Below, in pieces: positions 27,701-35,288 of a stretch of DNA of 64,000 bases. This DNA comes from an uncultured Enterobacteriaceae bacterium. Lineage in GTDB: Bacteria > Pseudomonadota > Gammaproteobacteria > Eutrophobiales > Eutrophobiaceae. How positions within the stretch are numbered: the stretch's first letter is position 1; every line of letters starts with the position of its first letter. Under the pieces are notes generated by a model. The model was not told where the DNA came from, searched no databases, and saw only the letters and a program-made list of their open reading frames with translations. The DNA lies in NCBI GenBank assembly GCA_964509455.1, contig CAZDXS010000075.1:7131-71130 (forward strand). The letters are read 5' to 3'. A program made the position numbers and the translations under genes.

Positions 27701-29954
27701 AAGCCTCAATGCGGTCAGCAGTACCGTCCCCATCGTCATCGTGACGGGCGCGGTCGATACGGCCATCCGCATCGTTATCGTAATCGGTGCGGATGATATG
27801 GCCGTTGGCGTCCCGCGTGAACGTCTCGATGCGGTCCCCGGTCCCGTCCGCATCGTCATCGTAATCGGTGCGGGAAATGCGGCCGTTGGCATCCCGCGTG
27901 AACGTCTCGATGCGGTCCCCGGCCCCGTCCGCATCGTCATCGTAATCGGTGCGGGAAATGCGGCCGTTGGCGTCCCGCGTGAACGTCTCGATGCGGTCCC
28001 CGGTCCCGTCCGCATCGTCATCGTAGTCGGTGCGGGAAATGCGGCCGTTGGCGTCCCGCGTGAACGACTCGGTGCGGTCCACGGCGCCGTCCGCATCGTC
28101 ATCGTAATCGGTGCGGACGATACGGCCGTTGGCGTCCCGTGTGAACGTCTCGATGCGGTCCACGGCCCCGTCCGCATCGTCATCGTAATCGGTGCGGACG
28201 GTACGGCCGTTGGCGTCCCGCGTGAACGTCTCGATGCGGTCCACAAGATCAACCAGGCGAGCGATGCCGTCAAAGCCCGTACGGCGGTAACCGAGGAAAC
28301 CGGCAATGCCGTCGTCATTGTAGTGGGCGCGGTCGACGCGGCCGTCATCATCGTCATCGAAATCTGTGCGGACGCCGACGAACGACATTTTATTAACGGC
28401 GGTATACCGCGCGTATGTCTCAATGCGATTAGCAACGCCGTCTCTATCATCGTCGAAAAAGTGAGTGCGGATGATGATACGACCGGTGGCGTCCCGCTCG
28501 TAGGTCTCGATGCGGTCCACGACGCCGTCCGCATCGTCATCATAATCGGTGCGGATGATACGGCCGTTGGCGTCCCGCTCGTAGGCATCGATGCGGTCCG
28601 CCGTGTCGTCCCCATTGTCATCGTAGTAAACACGGTCGATATGGCCATCCGCGCCATAATCGTGACTAGTGCGACTGATGCCGCCGTCGCCGTGCCGCCG
28701 CGTGAGAATAATGCGGTCATTGGCGCCGTCCCCATTCAAGTCGAAGTCAGAGTGGACGCGGCGGTCAATGACGCCGTCCGCATCGTCATCGTAATCGGTG
28801 TAGATAATATTGTTGCCCGCCCCGCCGTCACTGGCGGCGCGAAGGCGCACGGGATTGGCGTCCCACGCGTAGGTCTCAATTCGGTCCACGGCGCCGTCCG
28901 CATCGTCATCAAAATCCGTGCGAATGACATTGCCATGGATGTCCCGCGCATAGTGCTCGACGCGGTCCACGGCGCCGTCCCGGTCGTCGTCAAACTCGGC
29001 GCGGAATATAAAACGGTTTACAACGCCGTCATTGTCCCCCGCATAGTCCTCAATGCGGTCCAGCGTGCCGTCTGCATCGTCGTCAAACCCGGTGCGATCA
29101 ATGGAACCGTCCTGGTCGTCATCAAAATCGACGCGAACGATGTCGCCGTCGCCGTCGTACGTGTGGAATTCGACGCGATCAACGGCGCCGTCCCCATTGT
29201 CGTCATGCGCGGTGCGCCGGATGGAAAGCGCATTACGAGTCGGCGAAGGGCGATATCCAACATAGATGCGCTCCGCGATGCCGTCTGCGTCATCATCCCT
29301 GGCGAGCTGGAGTGTGGCCCGCTGAGAGGAGGGGGTCGGGGGGGGTCTGACGTCCAGCGTATAGTGCTCGACGCGGGAATTACCAAATTCGGTGCGAATT
29401 ATCCTGCCGTCAAAGCTCCGCGTATGGACTTGAGTTTCGTCAATGGCGCCGTCGCCGTTCCTGTCGTGTTCGAAACGAATTACATTGCCGTTGGCGTCCC
29501 GCGTGTAGATCTCGCTGCGATGAATGACGCCGTGGACGTTCTCATAATAGTCGGTGCGAACAACTCGGTCAGAGGCGTCCAGCGTGCGGACTATGACGCG
29601 GTTGGCAATGCCGTCCGTCCCTCTGGAAATCAGCCCGGAGCTAGATCGGACAGGGTGGTCGTAATAGTCGTAGTACGTGATCTCGCGCACAGCGCCGTCA
29701 GCATCCGTCTTCCTTACGGTGAACCATGCGGGGAACCCCCCCCATTGCGGATCGAACCTGCCCCACGAACCGTCCACGAAACTGTACCTGCCCTCCAGCA
29801 ACGGACCGGTTGCGGATATGCCGAAAAATTCGCGGCCAACGGGCCGGGCGCCTGCGCCCGGCGCGACCTGAGGCTCTATCGCCCCCGGGTCGTGAGGGTC
29901 TAGCGCCTCCGGGTCGTGATACTCTATTGCCGTCGGTTCAGCAACCATGATCAT
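21792..29954 (-). CDS. Giant repeat protein (2720 aa): FG-GAP-like propeller repeats, dozens of 24-aa Asp-rich YD-like repeats, a conserved C-terminal domain of about 150 aa, no signal peptide
   Basis: The 8.2-kb ORF has an RBS GGGGGAGAG upstream. Repeats of the form D.DDDADG.vDRiEtYtRDANGrIiRTd occur more than 40 times. FADLDGDGDLDLVVG....YYENTG units are present. The C-terminus ...HIDLAGAGAGSTDLTISAEALAVLAAGDGNYQLRIDGDGDDTLRFDLDDF..GDDVAVAGENYEQYAGAAGSFIVDPDVALVTA* is shared with the two plus-strand paralogs. Confidence 0.85.
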   Translation of the reverse strand: MIMVAEPTAIEYHDPEALDPHDPGAIEPQVAPGAGARPVGREFFGISATGPLLEGRYSFVDGSWGRFDPQWGGFPAWFTVRKTDADGAVREITYYDYYDHPVRSSSGLISRGTDGIANRVIVRTLDASDRVVRTDYYENVHGVIHRSEIYTRDANGNVIRFEHDRNGDGAIDETQVHTRSFDGRIIRTEFGNSRVEHYTLDVRPPPTPSSQRATLQLARDDDADGIAERIYVGYRPSPTRNALSIRRTAHDDNGDGAVDRVEFHTYDGDGDIVRVDFDDDQDGSIDRTGFDDDADGTLDRIEDYAGDNDGVVNRFIFRAEFDDDRDGAVDRVEHYARDIHGNVIRTDFDDDADGAVDRIETYAWDANPVRLRAASDGGAGNNIIYTDYDDDADGVIDRRVHSDFDLNGDGANDRIILTRRHGDGGISRTSHDYGADGHIDRVYYDDNGDDTADRIDAYERDANGRIIRTDYDDDADGVVDRIETYERDATGRIIIRTHFFDDDRDGVANRIETYARYTAVNKMSFVGVRTDFDDDDDGRVDRAHYNDDGIAGFLGYRRTGFDGIARLVDLVDRIETFTRDANGRTVRTDYDDDADGAVDRIETFTRDANGRIVRTDYDDDADGAVDRTESFTRDANGRISRTDYDDDADGTGDRIETFTRDANGRISRTDYDDDADGAGDRIETFTRDANGRISRTDYDDDADGTGDRIETFTRDANGHIIRTDYDNDADGRIDRARHDDDGDGTADRIEAYVRDANGAIARTNFDDDGDGVADRIEAYVRDANGAIARTNFDDDGDGVAERIESYVRDANGAIERTSFDDDGDGTVDRIESYVRDANGDLVGVRIDFDDDDDGHIDRARHDDDGNGVVDRTETFTRDSNGGIVRTDFDDDLDGYSDRVRFDPDADGTVDRVESYVRNRAENIIRIDFDDGADGAVDRTETFARDANGHIVRTDYDDDADGHIDRVNYGDRIKTFTRDANGRIVRTGYDDDADGHIDHVYHGGRIESFTRDSNGGIVRTDFDDDLDGLVDRVRFDPDADGAVDRSETYVRNDNGELYRIDFDDNGDDHADRSRLFTLGNTIPVVGANLPVADNILGGIYWSVKPTFADLDGDGDLDLAVGEDDSDALHYYRNDSVYDETGGLAGALTLTALEGANNPFYGIDAEGEYDSNNAAPALADLDGDGDLDLVVGIHDRAIDYYENTGDASAPTFVERTGAADNPFHGIEERRSAPTFADLDGDGDLDLAVGKGDGGIGYYENTGSASTPTFVERTSAGANPFHDIGGGRDSTPAFADLDGDGDLDLVVGGRKGGFDYFENTGNAEAPAFTPMLGVASIPVYDEAGRFRDTAPTFADLDGDQAPELVFGADKRGILRYQAPAERTETYVRNEVGAVIRTDFDDDADGTTDRAETYARNEAGAVIRTDFDDDVDGTADRAETYARNEAGAVMRTDFDDDVDGTADRAETYARNEAGAVIRTDFDDDVDGTADRTETYTLNEAGAVIRTDFDDDADGTADRTEAPRQTGLPHIPPALTYGTDVDLDGHIDWIFFDLDGDGIFDRGETYQRNDGKEIIRTGFDDDADWQVDRDHFDPNADGTADRIETHTRDSHNRIIRTDFDDDADGAVDRAETFTRDANGGIIRTGFDDDADGRVDRDHFDPNADGTADRIGFYVRDNDGRVTRTDFDDDADGSVDRTETFTRDANGAIIRASYDEDGDGTADRVVTYARDANGAIVRTSYDEDGDGAADRVATYTRDANGEVIRAVFDDDNDGRADRDRVRHDDNGDGTVDRVVTSTYTRDANGGITRTDFDEDGDGLMDRAGIDLDADGNADRTETFTRDSKGWLVRIDFDDDANGVIDRREAYTRNVDGNVTRTDFYDGAHGYYDRSHFDPNADGVVDRIETYVWGANGRRGLHRAEYDDDADGYVDRELHGSLLSTYARDADGHIIRTELARYGPDLFAYGTLPSVFLRDVDPFRIITHERDAAGRIIRTKTDNGADGVADRIATFTRDANGEIIRESYDDNGDGTAERVVTYERDANGRVARASHDKDGDGTAERIESYARDGAGKRVGIRSDFDDDDDGRIDRVHHDDDADYDTDRFETFVRDANGRIIHASYDDDGDGVADRRESYTRNAEGDVTRTDFYDDADRTADRAHFDPNADGVVDRIETYRRWLGGRILVRAEYDDDADGYIDRDLYRTSWVGDTRYSLETHTRDAAGHVIRTEFARYESSSFFGAMPRLRDQDIYTYRAETFTRDANGEIIRTSIEHYVRRGANGEIIRTRFDDDGDGTADRIDAYARDAEGNITRTDFDDDANGGVDRTESYARNAAGDVIQTDFDDDADGTTDRAAFDDEGDGTVDRTESYVRNAAGDVIQTDYDDDADGTTDRATFDDEGDGTLDRIETYTYDAQGRLTKKVMVFSGEPAEDEGPASGEAGGGSLGRSAAGGPGARGVAGQETIAADEAVVRTLFEAMLDDMGEGAVIRSEIYTRNAAGAVVRTDYDEGDDGIVERSSVDEDGDGAIDEHRYDHDANGKPDWVGYDSDNDGMLERLEFHGQWGAAGNPVVHTITLLGAGPAYTVAFHDGDGLLLASGWSNAGPGALDGFTYSAGLDVVSELQTAASAGSAAALLPVDATLLAGVAHIDLAGAGAGSTDLTISAEALAVLAAGDGNYQLRIDGDGDDTLRFDLDDFTRGDDVAVAGENYEQYAGAAGSFIVDPDVALVTA

Positions 29955-30094
29955 CTACTCTCCCCCGCGAGTTACAAAAAGGTCCGCGGACGCCTGCCAG
30001 TATAGTACTGTTTGTCAATATGTCAACTCACTCACACAAGCCTGTCCGCGCAACACCCACTGATATCGCCCAGCATGGGCATCGTTACGCAGAA

Positions 30095-30152
30095 ATCGGG
30101 GGCACGACATCCGGATCCATGATGAAGCTACCGGTGCCGGCACCGGGGGCTC
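30095..30152 (-). pseudogene. Relic of a giant-protein C-terminus (..APGAGTGSFIMDPDVVPPISA*) lying upstream of the giant gene
   Basis: On the minus strand gcccccggtgccggcaccggtagcttcatcatggatccggatgtcgtgcccccgatttctgcgtaa translates to a variant of the conserved ...G.TGSFIVDPDV.LVTA* terminus. An in-frame TAG lies about 35 codons upstream. Confidence 0.5.
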
Positions 30153-30390
30153 CCGGCATTGTGCGGTGCCGGGACGGGGTGATTCCGCACCTAGGTTGCG
30201 AGCTGGGCGCAACGACTACTTTGTCAAGGAGAAGATCAAGCGGCGGATTTGATGCGTCTGCGACAAGCCCCGGTGAACGGCGCGTCGGCCCCGGTCGTTG
30301 GCATCGATGCGAGGTTGCTTAAATAAAAATCGGCGATCATGTTATACTTCGGCCAACTCCGACAACCAAGAGTAGTGAAAGAGGATCGAT

Positions 30391-30804
30391 ATGGCCGACG
30401 GCAAACCAGACATTGCCCCGTATGAACGGGCGATCGAGCGGCTGAAAGAAACGCTGGCGCGGTACCAGGCCGACATCTCGGATACCGATGTGCGCGACAG
30501 CTTGGTGCATCGATTCGAATTCACCTACGAACTCAGCCCCCAGATGCTGAAACGCTATCTTGAATACGCGGTGGGCTCCTCCGAGAAGTTTAATACGATG
30601 GCGTTCCCAGACCTGATACGCACCGCAAACGAACATGGGCTGTTGCTGGGCGACTGGTTGAGTTGGAAAGAGTTCCGCAAGATGCGCGGCAAGACCAGCC
30701 ATTCTTACGACGAGAAGACCGCGCTGGAAGTGGTTGCGGAGATTCCGCAGTTTTTAGAAGAAGCTGCTTACCTGCGCGACCGGTTGCGGGAGCGGCTGGC
30801 ATGA
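30391..30804 (+). CDS. HEPN-domain protein, HI0074 family (nucleotidyltransferase substrate-binding protein); partner of MNT in a type II/VII TA pair
   Basis: Motifs RFEFTYELSPQMLKRYLEY and R.GKTSHSYDE (the R..xHxY motif) are present. The ORF is 137 aa. Confidence 0.8.
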   Translation: MADGKPDIAPYERAIERLKETLARYQADISDTDVRDSLVHRFEFTYELSPQMLKRYLEYAVGSSEKFNTMAFPDLIRTANEHGLLLGDWLSWKEFRKMRGKTSHSYDEKTALEVVAEIPQFLEEAAYLRDRLRERLA

Positions 30805-31148
30805 GCGCGGCGCCGCCCGTGGACCTGCAACCTGAGCAGCTGACAATTGTCCGCGACATCCTGCGCCGCCGCGTACCAGGGCGGGAAGTGGCCGCATTCG
30901 GATCGCGCGCCACCCGAACGGCGCGTAAGTACTCTGACCTGGATCTTGCCGTCCTGGGCGAAGTTCCCATGCCGCTGTTCGTATCCGCGGCTCTAACAGA
31001 CGACTTCACCGAATCCGACCTGCCGTTCAAGGTCGATGTCATCGACTGGGCGCAACTGGAAGAATCTTTCCGCGACATCATCCGCCGCGACCTGGTGGTG
31101 GTACAAGAGCATCCCGGCCGTTCTGCGGGCGGGCGCCGCGGCGGCTAA
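30801..31148 (+). CDS. Minimal nucleotidyltransferase (MNT, HI0073 family)
   Basis: The start overlaps the HEPN stop as ATGA. The motif AFGSRATRTARKYSDLDLAVL (GS...SDxD) is present. The ORF-track N-terminal extension was rejected. Confidence 0.8.
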   Translation: MSAAPPVDLQPEQLTIVRDILRRRVPGREVAAFGSRATRTARKYSDLDLAVLGEVPMPLFVSAALTDDFTESDLPFKVDVIDWAQLEESFRDIIRRDLVVVQEHPGRSAGGRRGG

Positions 31149-31255
31149 GTTGCGGCGGATGGGGCCTGGCGATTGTGCGGGGGGCAACGCCGCGTTCGCC
31201 CCCGGCGGGCGACCTGTCGTGAGCCCGCGCGCCCACCGCTGGTTTTTACTGTATA

Positions 31256-31783
31256 ATGGCGCCCGTGAAACGAAGTTACCCGATTATTATGCTGGCGTGC
31301 TTGTGGAGTGCGCCGGCGCCCGCCGATTTCAACAACGGGGTCTATGCCTACTCCAGGGGTGAATACGCCAGGGCCTACCACACCATGCGCTCGCTGGCGG
31401 AAGCCTCCGACCATGCGCTGGCGCAGTACTATCTCGCCATGATGTACCTGAGAGGGCAGGGCGTGGAGCAAAACTACGAAGAAGCGGCCAAGTGGTTTCG
31501 GCAGGCGGCGGAACAACGCATCAAGCAGGCGCAGTACCAGTTGGCCAAGTTGTACATGGCCGGCCGGGGCGTCCCCCGGGATTACGAGTACGCTTACGCC
31601 TGGTATCGGGCGGGCGCAGAACACCGGCACCAGGGGGCGATGGCGGAGTTGCAAAAAGCGCGCGACAGCCTGGCGCCGGAAGAATTGGAGGAGGCCGAAA
31701 AACTCTCGCGGCAGTTCCTCAGAAAGTACGGACCGTTGCCGGCGGACCAGCAGCCGGGCAACGCGCCGAACCAGCCGCAGTAA
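31256..31783 (+). CDS. Sel1-repeat (TPR-like) secreted protein
   Basis: The signal peptide is MLACLWSAPAPA. Sel1 motifs include AQYYLAMMYLRGQGVEQNYEEAAKWFRQAAEQ and AQYQLAKLYMAGRGVPRDYEYAYAWYRAGAE. The start may be the internal Met at 31289. Confidence 0.7.
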   Translation: MAPVKRSYPIIMLACLWSAPAPADFNNGVYAYSRGEYARAYHTMRSLAEASDHALAQYYLAMMYLRGQGVEQNYEEAAKWFRQAAEQRIKQAQYQLAKLYMAGRGVPRDYEYAYAWYRAGAEHRHQGAMAELQKARDSLAPEELEEAEKLSRQFLRKYGPLPADQQPGNAPNQPQ

Positions 31784-31849
31784 GGCGCCGGCGGGCAACC
31801 GGCATCCTCCCCAAGCGCCCCGTACGAACGCACGGCCAGGGCAAGCACC

Positions 31850-32035
31850 GCCGGACAAGACGCACCCGACTCTGGGGCAGGTCCCGGGGACGGTCGATGT
31901 CGCGCCGCCGGATAGCCGGCGCCGTTCCTAATGCGCTCCGTGCGGGTGCGCGGCCGGACAAGATACGCCTGACCCTGGGGCAGTCCTCCGGGAGCAGACG
32001 CTGTTGGCCGTCGGGCTACGGCGTCTGCCGCCCCT
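31850..32035. repeat. Degenerate duplicate(s) of the DUF2064-transferase 3' end downstream of the real stop
   Basis: On the minus strand ...RRRDIDRPRDL.. is encoded at 32034-32120 (real) and again at about 31873-31925. Confidence 0.6.
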
Positions 32036-32672
32036 ACCCGTTGCGGCTCCAGGCGGGCGGCCGCCAGGCCAGATGCGCCAGGTCCCGGGGGCGATCAATG
32101 TCGCGCCGCCGCGGCAACTCGCACACTTTCAACTGCAACCGCGCCGCCCGCGCCCGGGTGCGCCGCAGCACCGTGCCGCTCCCCCAGTCAATGCCGCTGA
32201 ACAGCGGTTCGTGCAGTCGGCTCATGCCCGCCAGGTAATAACCGCCGTCCCGGGTCGGCCCCAGCACGAGGTCGCAACCGCCGCGCAGTTGCGCCAGCGC
32301 CAGGTCAAGGTCGGCGGCGGCCAGGTCGGCGCAGTCGCTGCCCACCAGCACCGCGTGGCGATACTTGCCCAGGGCCTGCCGCAGGGCGATGCGCATGCGC
32401 TCGCCCAGGTCGCCGCCCCGTTGGCGCACCGGCGTCAGGGCGAAGCGGCGGGCATATTCAGACAGCGCACGATGCCGGGCGGTGGGGGCGCACCACAACT
32501 CTATATCCGTCAGCGCGGAGCGCCGCGCCGTCTCCAGGGTGCGCCGCAACAGGTAGTTGTGGAGCGCGGCGGCGCGCGCCGCGCCCAGAACGGGAACCAG
32601 GCGGGTCTTGACCCGGCCCGGCACGGGTGCGCGGGTGAAGACCAGCAACACCGCATCTTGCTCAGCCGTCAT
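32034..32672 (-). CDS. DUF2064 nucleotidyl/glycosyl-transferase-like protein (radical-SAM/selenodomain-associated 'transferase 1' family)
   Basis: The start is taken as MTAEQDAVLLVFTRAPVPGRVKTRLVP. It lies two genes downstream of the rSAM/Cys-rich protein, beyond the GT2 gene. Confidence 0.65.
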   Translation of the reverse strand: MTAEQDAVLLVFTRAPVPGRVKTRLVPVLGAARAAALHNYLLRRTLETARRSALTDIELWCAPTARHRALSEYARRFALTPVRQRGGDLGERMRIALRQALGKYRHAVLVGSDCADLAAADLDLALAQLRGGCDLVLGPTRDGGYYLAGMSRLHEPLFSGIDWGSGTVLRRTRARAARLQLKVCELPRRRDIDRPRDLAHLAWRPPAWSRNG

Positions 32673-33415
32673 GCAGCACGCACGGGGACGGCGCAGGACG
32701 CGGGGCGGGCGCCGCGGCGCAATGGGGACCGCTGCCGTGACGCCGGGCGCGCAACAGCGGCGCAACACGGCCGCCGCCGGGCAACGGAAACAGGCCGCGG
32801 GCGGAAGTCCCGGATTGTCGCCGTGGACGTCGCGCCGCGGCGCGAACGACGACCGCCGCCGCCCGCCCCGACTCAGTCATACTGCCGCGCCAGGGCGGCG
32901 GGGTTCGCCCCCAGGGCGTACCAGCCGCGCAGCTTCCACCTCAGCAGGATGGTCCTGATGACGCCGTGCGTCATGCAGCACGCACGGGGACGGCGCAGGA
33001 CGCGGGGCGGGCACCGCGGCGCAATGGGAGCCGCTGCCGTAACGCCGGGTGCGCAACAGCGGCGCAACACGGCCGCCGCCGGGCAACGGAAACAGGCCAT
33101 AGGTGGAAGCACCGGGCCGGCGCGCCCAGGGCGGGAACCAGGCGGGTCTTGACCCGGCCCGGCACGGGTGCGCGGGTGAAGACCAGCAACACCGCATCTT
33201 GCTCAGCCGTCATGCAACACGCACGGGGACGGCGCAGGAACGCGGGGCGGGCGCCGCGGCGCAATGGGGACCGCTACCGTGACGCCGGGCGCGCAACAGC
33301 GGCGCAACACGGCCGCCGCCGGGCAACGGAAACAAGCCGCGGGCGGGCGCCCCGGATTGTCGCCGTGGACGTCGCGCCGCGGCGCGAACAACGACCGCCG
33401 CCGCCCGCCCCGACT
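32673..33415. repeat. 3 diverged copies (about 240-300 bp) of the GT2-3'/intergenic/DUF2064-5' junction
   Basis: ILL.WKLR.WYALGANPAALARQYD* is encoded ending at 33415 and again at 32873. MTAEQDAVLLVFTRAPVPGRVKTRLVP is encoded starting at 32672 and again at about 33212. The motif gcagcacgcacggggacggcgcagga... occurs three times. Confidence 0.85.
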
Positions 33416-34089
33416 CAGTCATACTGCCGCGCCAGGGCGGCGGGGTTCGCCCCCAGGGCGTACCAGCAACGCAGCTTCCACATCAGCAGGATGGTCCTGG
33501 CGACGCCGTGCGTCTCCCAGCGGCGCGCGGAACTCAACGCCGGCTGCTCCATGCGCACCGGCGGCGCCAGCCGCCGGAGCCGGGCGCACAGCTCGATGTC
33601 TTCCATCAACGGCAGATCCGCGTAACCGCCCAGCCGCTGAAACAACCGCCTGCCCACAAAAATCGCCTGGTCGCCGGTGGCGATGCGGGTGAGGCGGGAA
33701 CGCAGGTTCATCAGCGTTTCAATGCACCGGAACACCGGGCGCTCACTCGCCAGGCGGGCGGTGAACCAGCCCCAGTTCTCTGCGCCAACCCGGCGCTGGT
33801 TCAGTGCCAAGTCAAAATCCCCAGGCAACAGGGTGTCCGCATGCAGAAACACCAGGACGGCGCCGGCGGCGCGGGCGGCGCCCCGGTTCATCTGCCGGGC
33901 GCGGCCCGGCGCACATTCCAGCACCTGGTCCGCCTGGTTCGCGGCCGCCGCGACAGTGCCGTCGACGCTGCCGCCGTCCGCCAGCAACACCTCGCAACCC
34001 CGCCGCCGGGCGGCTTGCAGGCGCTCTAAGGTCGCTCCCAAGCAACCAGCCTCGTTGCGTGCTGGGATGATGACCGAGTACCGCGGCAT
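33415..34089 (-). CDS. Family-2 glycosyltransferase (radical-SAM/selenodomain-associated 'transferase 2' family)
   Basis: The sequence begins MPRYSVIIPARNE and contains the DXD-type region LADGGSVDGT. The start overlaps the rSAM stop. Confidence 0.75.
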   Translation of the reverse strand: MPRYSVIIPARNEAGCLGATLERLQAARRRGCEVLLADGGSVDGTVAAAANQADQVLECAPGRARQMNRGAARAAGAVLVFLHADTLLPGDFDLALNQRRVGAENWGWFTARLASERPVFRCIETLMNLRSRLTRIATGDQAIFVGRRLFQRLGGYADLPLMEDIELCARLRRLAPPVRMEQPALSSARRWETHGVARTILLMWKLRCWYALGANPAALARQYD

Positions 34090-35051
34090 CAGGACAGGGC
34101 CCCGCCGCAGCTGCTGCCCTGCCCCGCCGTGCAACCGTAGCAATGGTCGCGCACGGTCACCGGCATGCCGGCAATGTCCGTGGTCAACAGGTCCCGCAAG
34201 TGCAACCGCCGCCCTGCGGCGCCGCCCAGCCCCAGTCCCAGCATCTGGTTGAAGTCACAATCGAACAGGCGGCCGCGCCAGTCCACGCTCACCAGGGTGC
34301 GACACATGACCGCCGACAGGTTCTCCGCCCGGTGCGCATCGCAGAGCAACGCCAGGTAATCCTGCAACCGTCCCTGGGAAACCAGCTCCTTGCCGAAGCG
34401 GTTGATGGGCATGTTGGCCAGGGTGAACAACTGGTTGAAGACGATGCCGTGCCGCTCGCGCAACTCCTGCTTGTAGCGCGCCTCCAGCTCCGCTTGCGGC
34501 GGCGGCAGGGCGGGCCCTTGCGGGTTATAGACCAGGTGCAACACCAGGCCCCGGTCCGGGTCGCCGTAGCCCAGCCGATTCAGCGTCTGCAAGGCGCGAA
34601 TGCTGGCCGCAAATACGCCCGCGCCCCGTTGCCCGTCCACGTTTTCCTCGCTGTAGCAGGGCAGCGAGGCGATGATTTCCACTTGTTGCGCCGCCAGGAA
34701 CGCCGCCAGGTCTTCGTAGCCGGGTTGTTCCAATATGGTCAGGTTGCAACGGTCGATGACCCGCGCGCCCAGTTCCCTGGCCGCCTGGACCAACCGGCGA
34801 AAGTCCTCGTGCATTTCCGGCGCGCCGCCGGTGACGTCCAGCGTTCCCAGCCCCAGCCGCTCCAGCACGGCAATGACCAGTTCGATGGTCTCCCGCGTCA
34901 TTTTCTCCCGCCGCCGGGGGTTGCTGTTGGTGTGACAGTGCAGGCAGGCCTGGTTGCACCTAAGCCCGATGTTGACTTGCAAGGTCTCTAAACGGGCGCG
35001 GCGCAACGGGGGGAAATCCGCGGGCGCCGGGCGAGACGGACTATTGTGCAT
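34089..35051 (-). CDS. Radical SAM protein with a C-terminal Cys-rich ('selenodomain'-type) domain, all-Cys version
   Basis: The CNQACLHC (CxxxCxxC) motif is present. The C-terminus is ...DHCYGCTAGQGSSCGGALS. The ORF is 320 aa. Confidence 0.75.
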   Translation of the reverse strand: MHNSPSRPAPADFPPLRRARLETLQVNIGLRCNQACLHCHTNSNPRRREKMTRETIELVIAVLERLGLGTLDVTGGAPEMHEDFRRLVQAARELGARVIDRCNLTILEQPGYEDLAAFLAAQQVEIIASLPCYSEENVDGQRGAGVFAASIRALQTLNRLGYGDPDRGLVLHLVYNPQGPALPPPQAELEARYKQELRERHGIVFNQLFTLANMPINRFGKELVSQGRLQDYLALLCDAHRAENLSAVMCRTLVSVDWRGRLFDCDFNQMLGLGLGGAAGRRLHLRDLLTTDIAGMPVTVRDHCYGCTAGQGSSCGGALS

Positions 35052-35127
35052 GCTTAATGCCTCAGGTTTTTCGATAAGCGAACGCCGCTACGGGTTATAA
35101 TACGCGCAACGCGGTTTTTTCGGCAAC

Positions 35128-35204
35128 GCCCCGGTAGCTCAGCAGGATAGAGCGTCCGCCTCCTAAGCGGAAGGTCAGAGGTTCGAATCCTCTCCGGGGC
35201 GCCA
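35128..35204 (+). tRNA. tRNA-Arg (anticodon CCT)
   Basis: GCCCCGGTAGCTCAGCAGGATAGAGCGTCCGCCTCCTAAGCGGAAGGTCAGAGGTTCGAATCCTCTCCGGGGCGCCA folds as a cloverleaf with anticodon loop CTCCTAA. Confidence 0.85.
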
Positions 35205-35288
35205 GTTCACGGCGCTGAACAGGACCGGGCGCGGCGGCGCCGGGGGCGGCCGGGCCGCCCGGGCCCGAAAACAGCCCGAGCCCGACAC

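Noticed and set aside
21792-29954. Dozens of overlapping ORFs of 60-800 aa in all frames inside the three giant genes (for example 22044..23429, 24300..26693, 26751..29903, 50417..51868, 53063..54688, 54911..59389)
   Set aside because: They are alternative-frame or antisense readings of highly repetitive, GC-rich coding DNA. Their translations are low-complexity (Arg/Ala/Gly/Pro-rich) and lack starts with an RBS. The long same-strand frames with coherent domain structure explain the region.
31240-31256. TATAAT hexamer at about 31245-31250 as the -10 element for the Sel1 gene
   Set aside because: No convincing -35 element is present. It also overlaps the first candidate ATG. It is left unannotated.
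31145-32238. ORFs 31145..31858 (minus) and 31492..32238 (plus)
   Set aside because: They are antisense to or overlapping the Sel1-repeat gene and the junction repeat. They are Arg-rich and unsupported.
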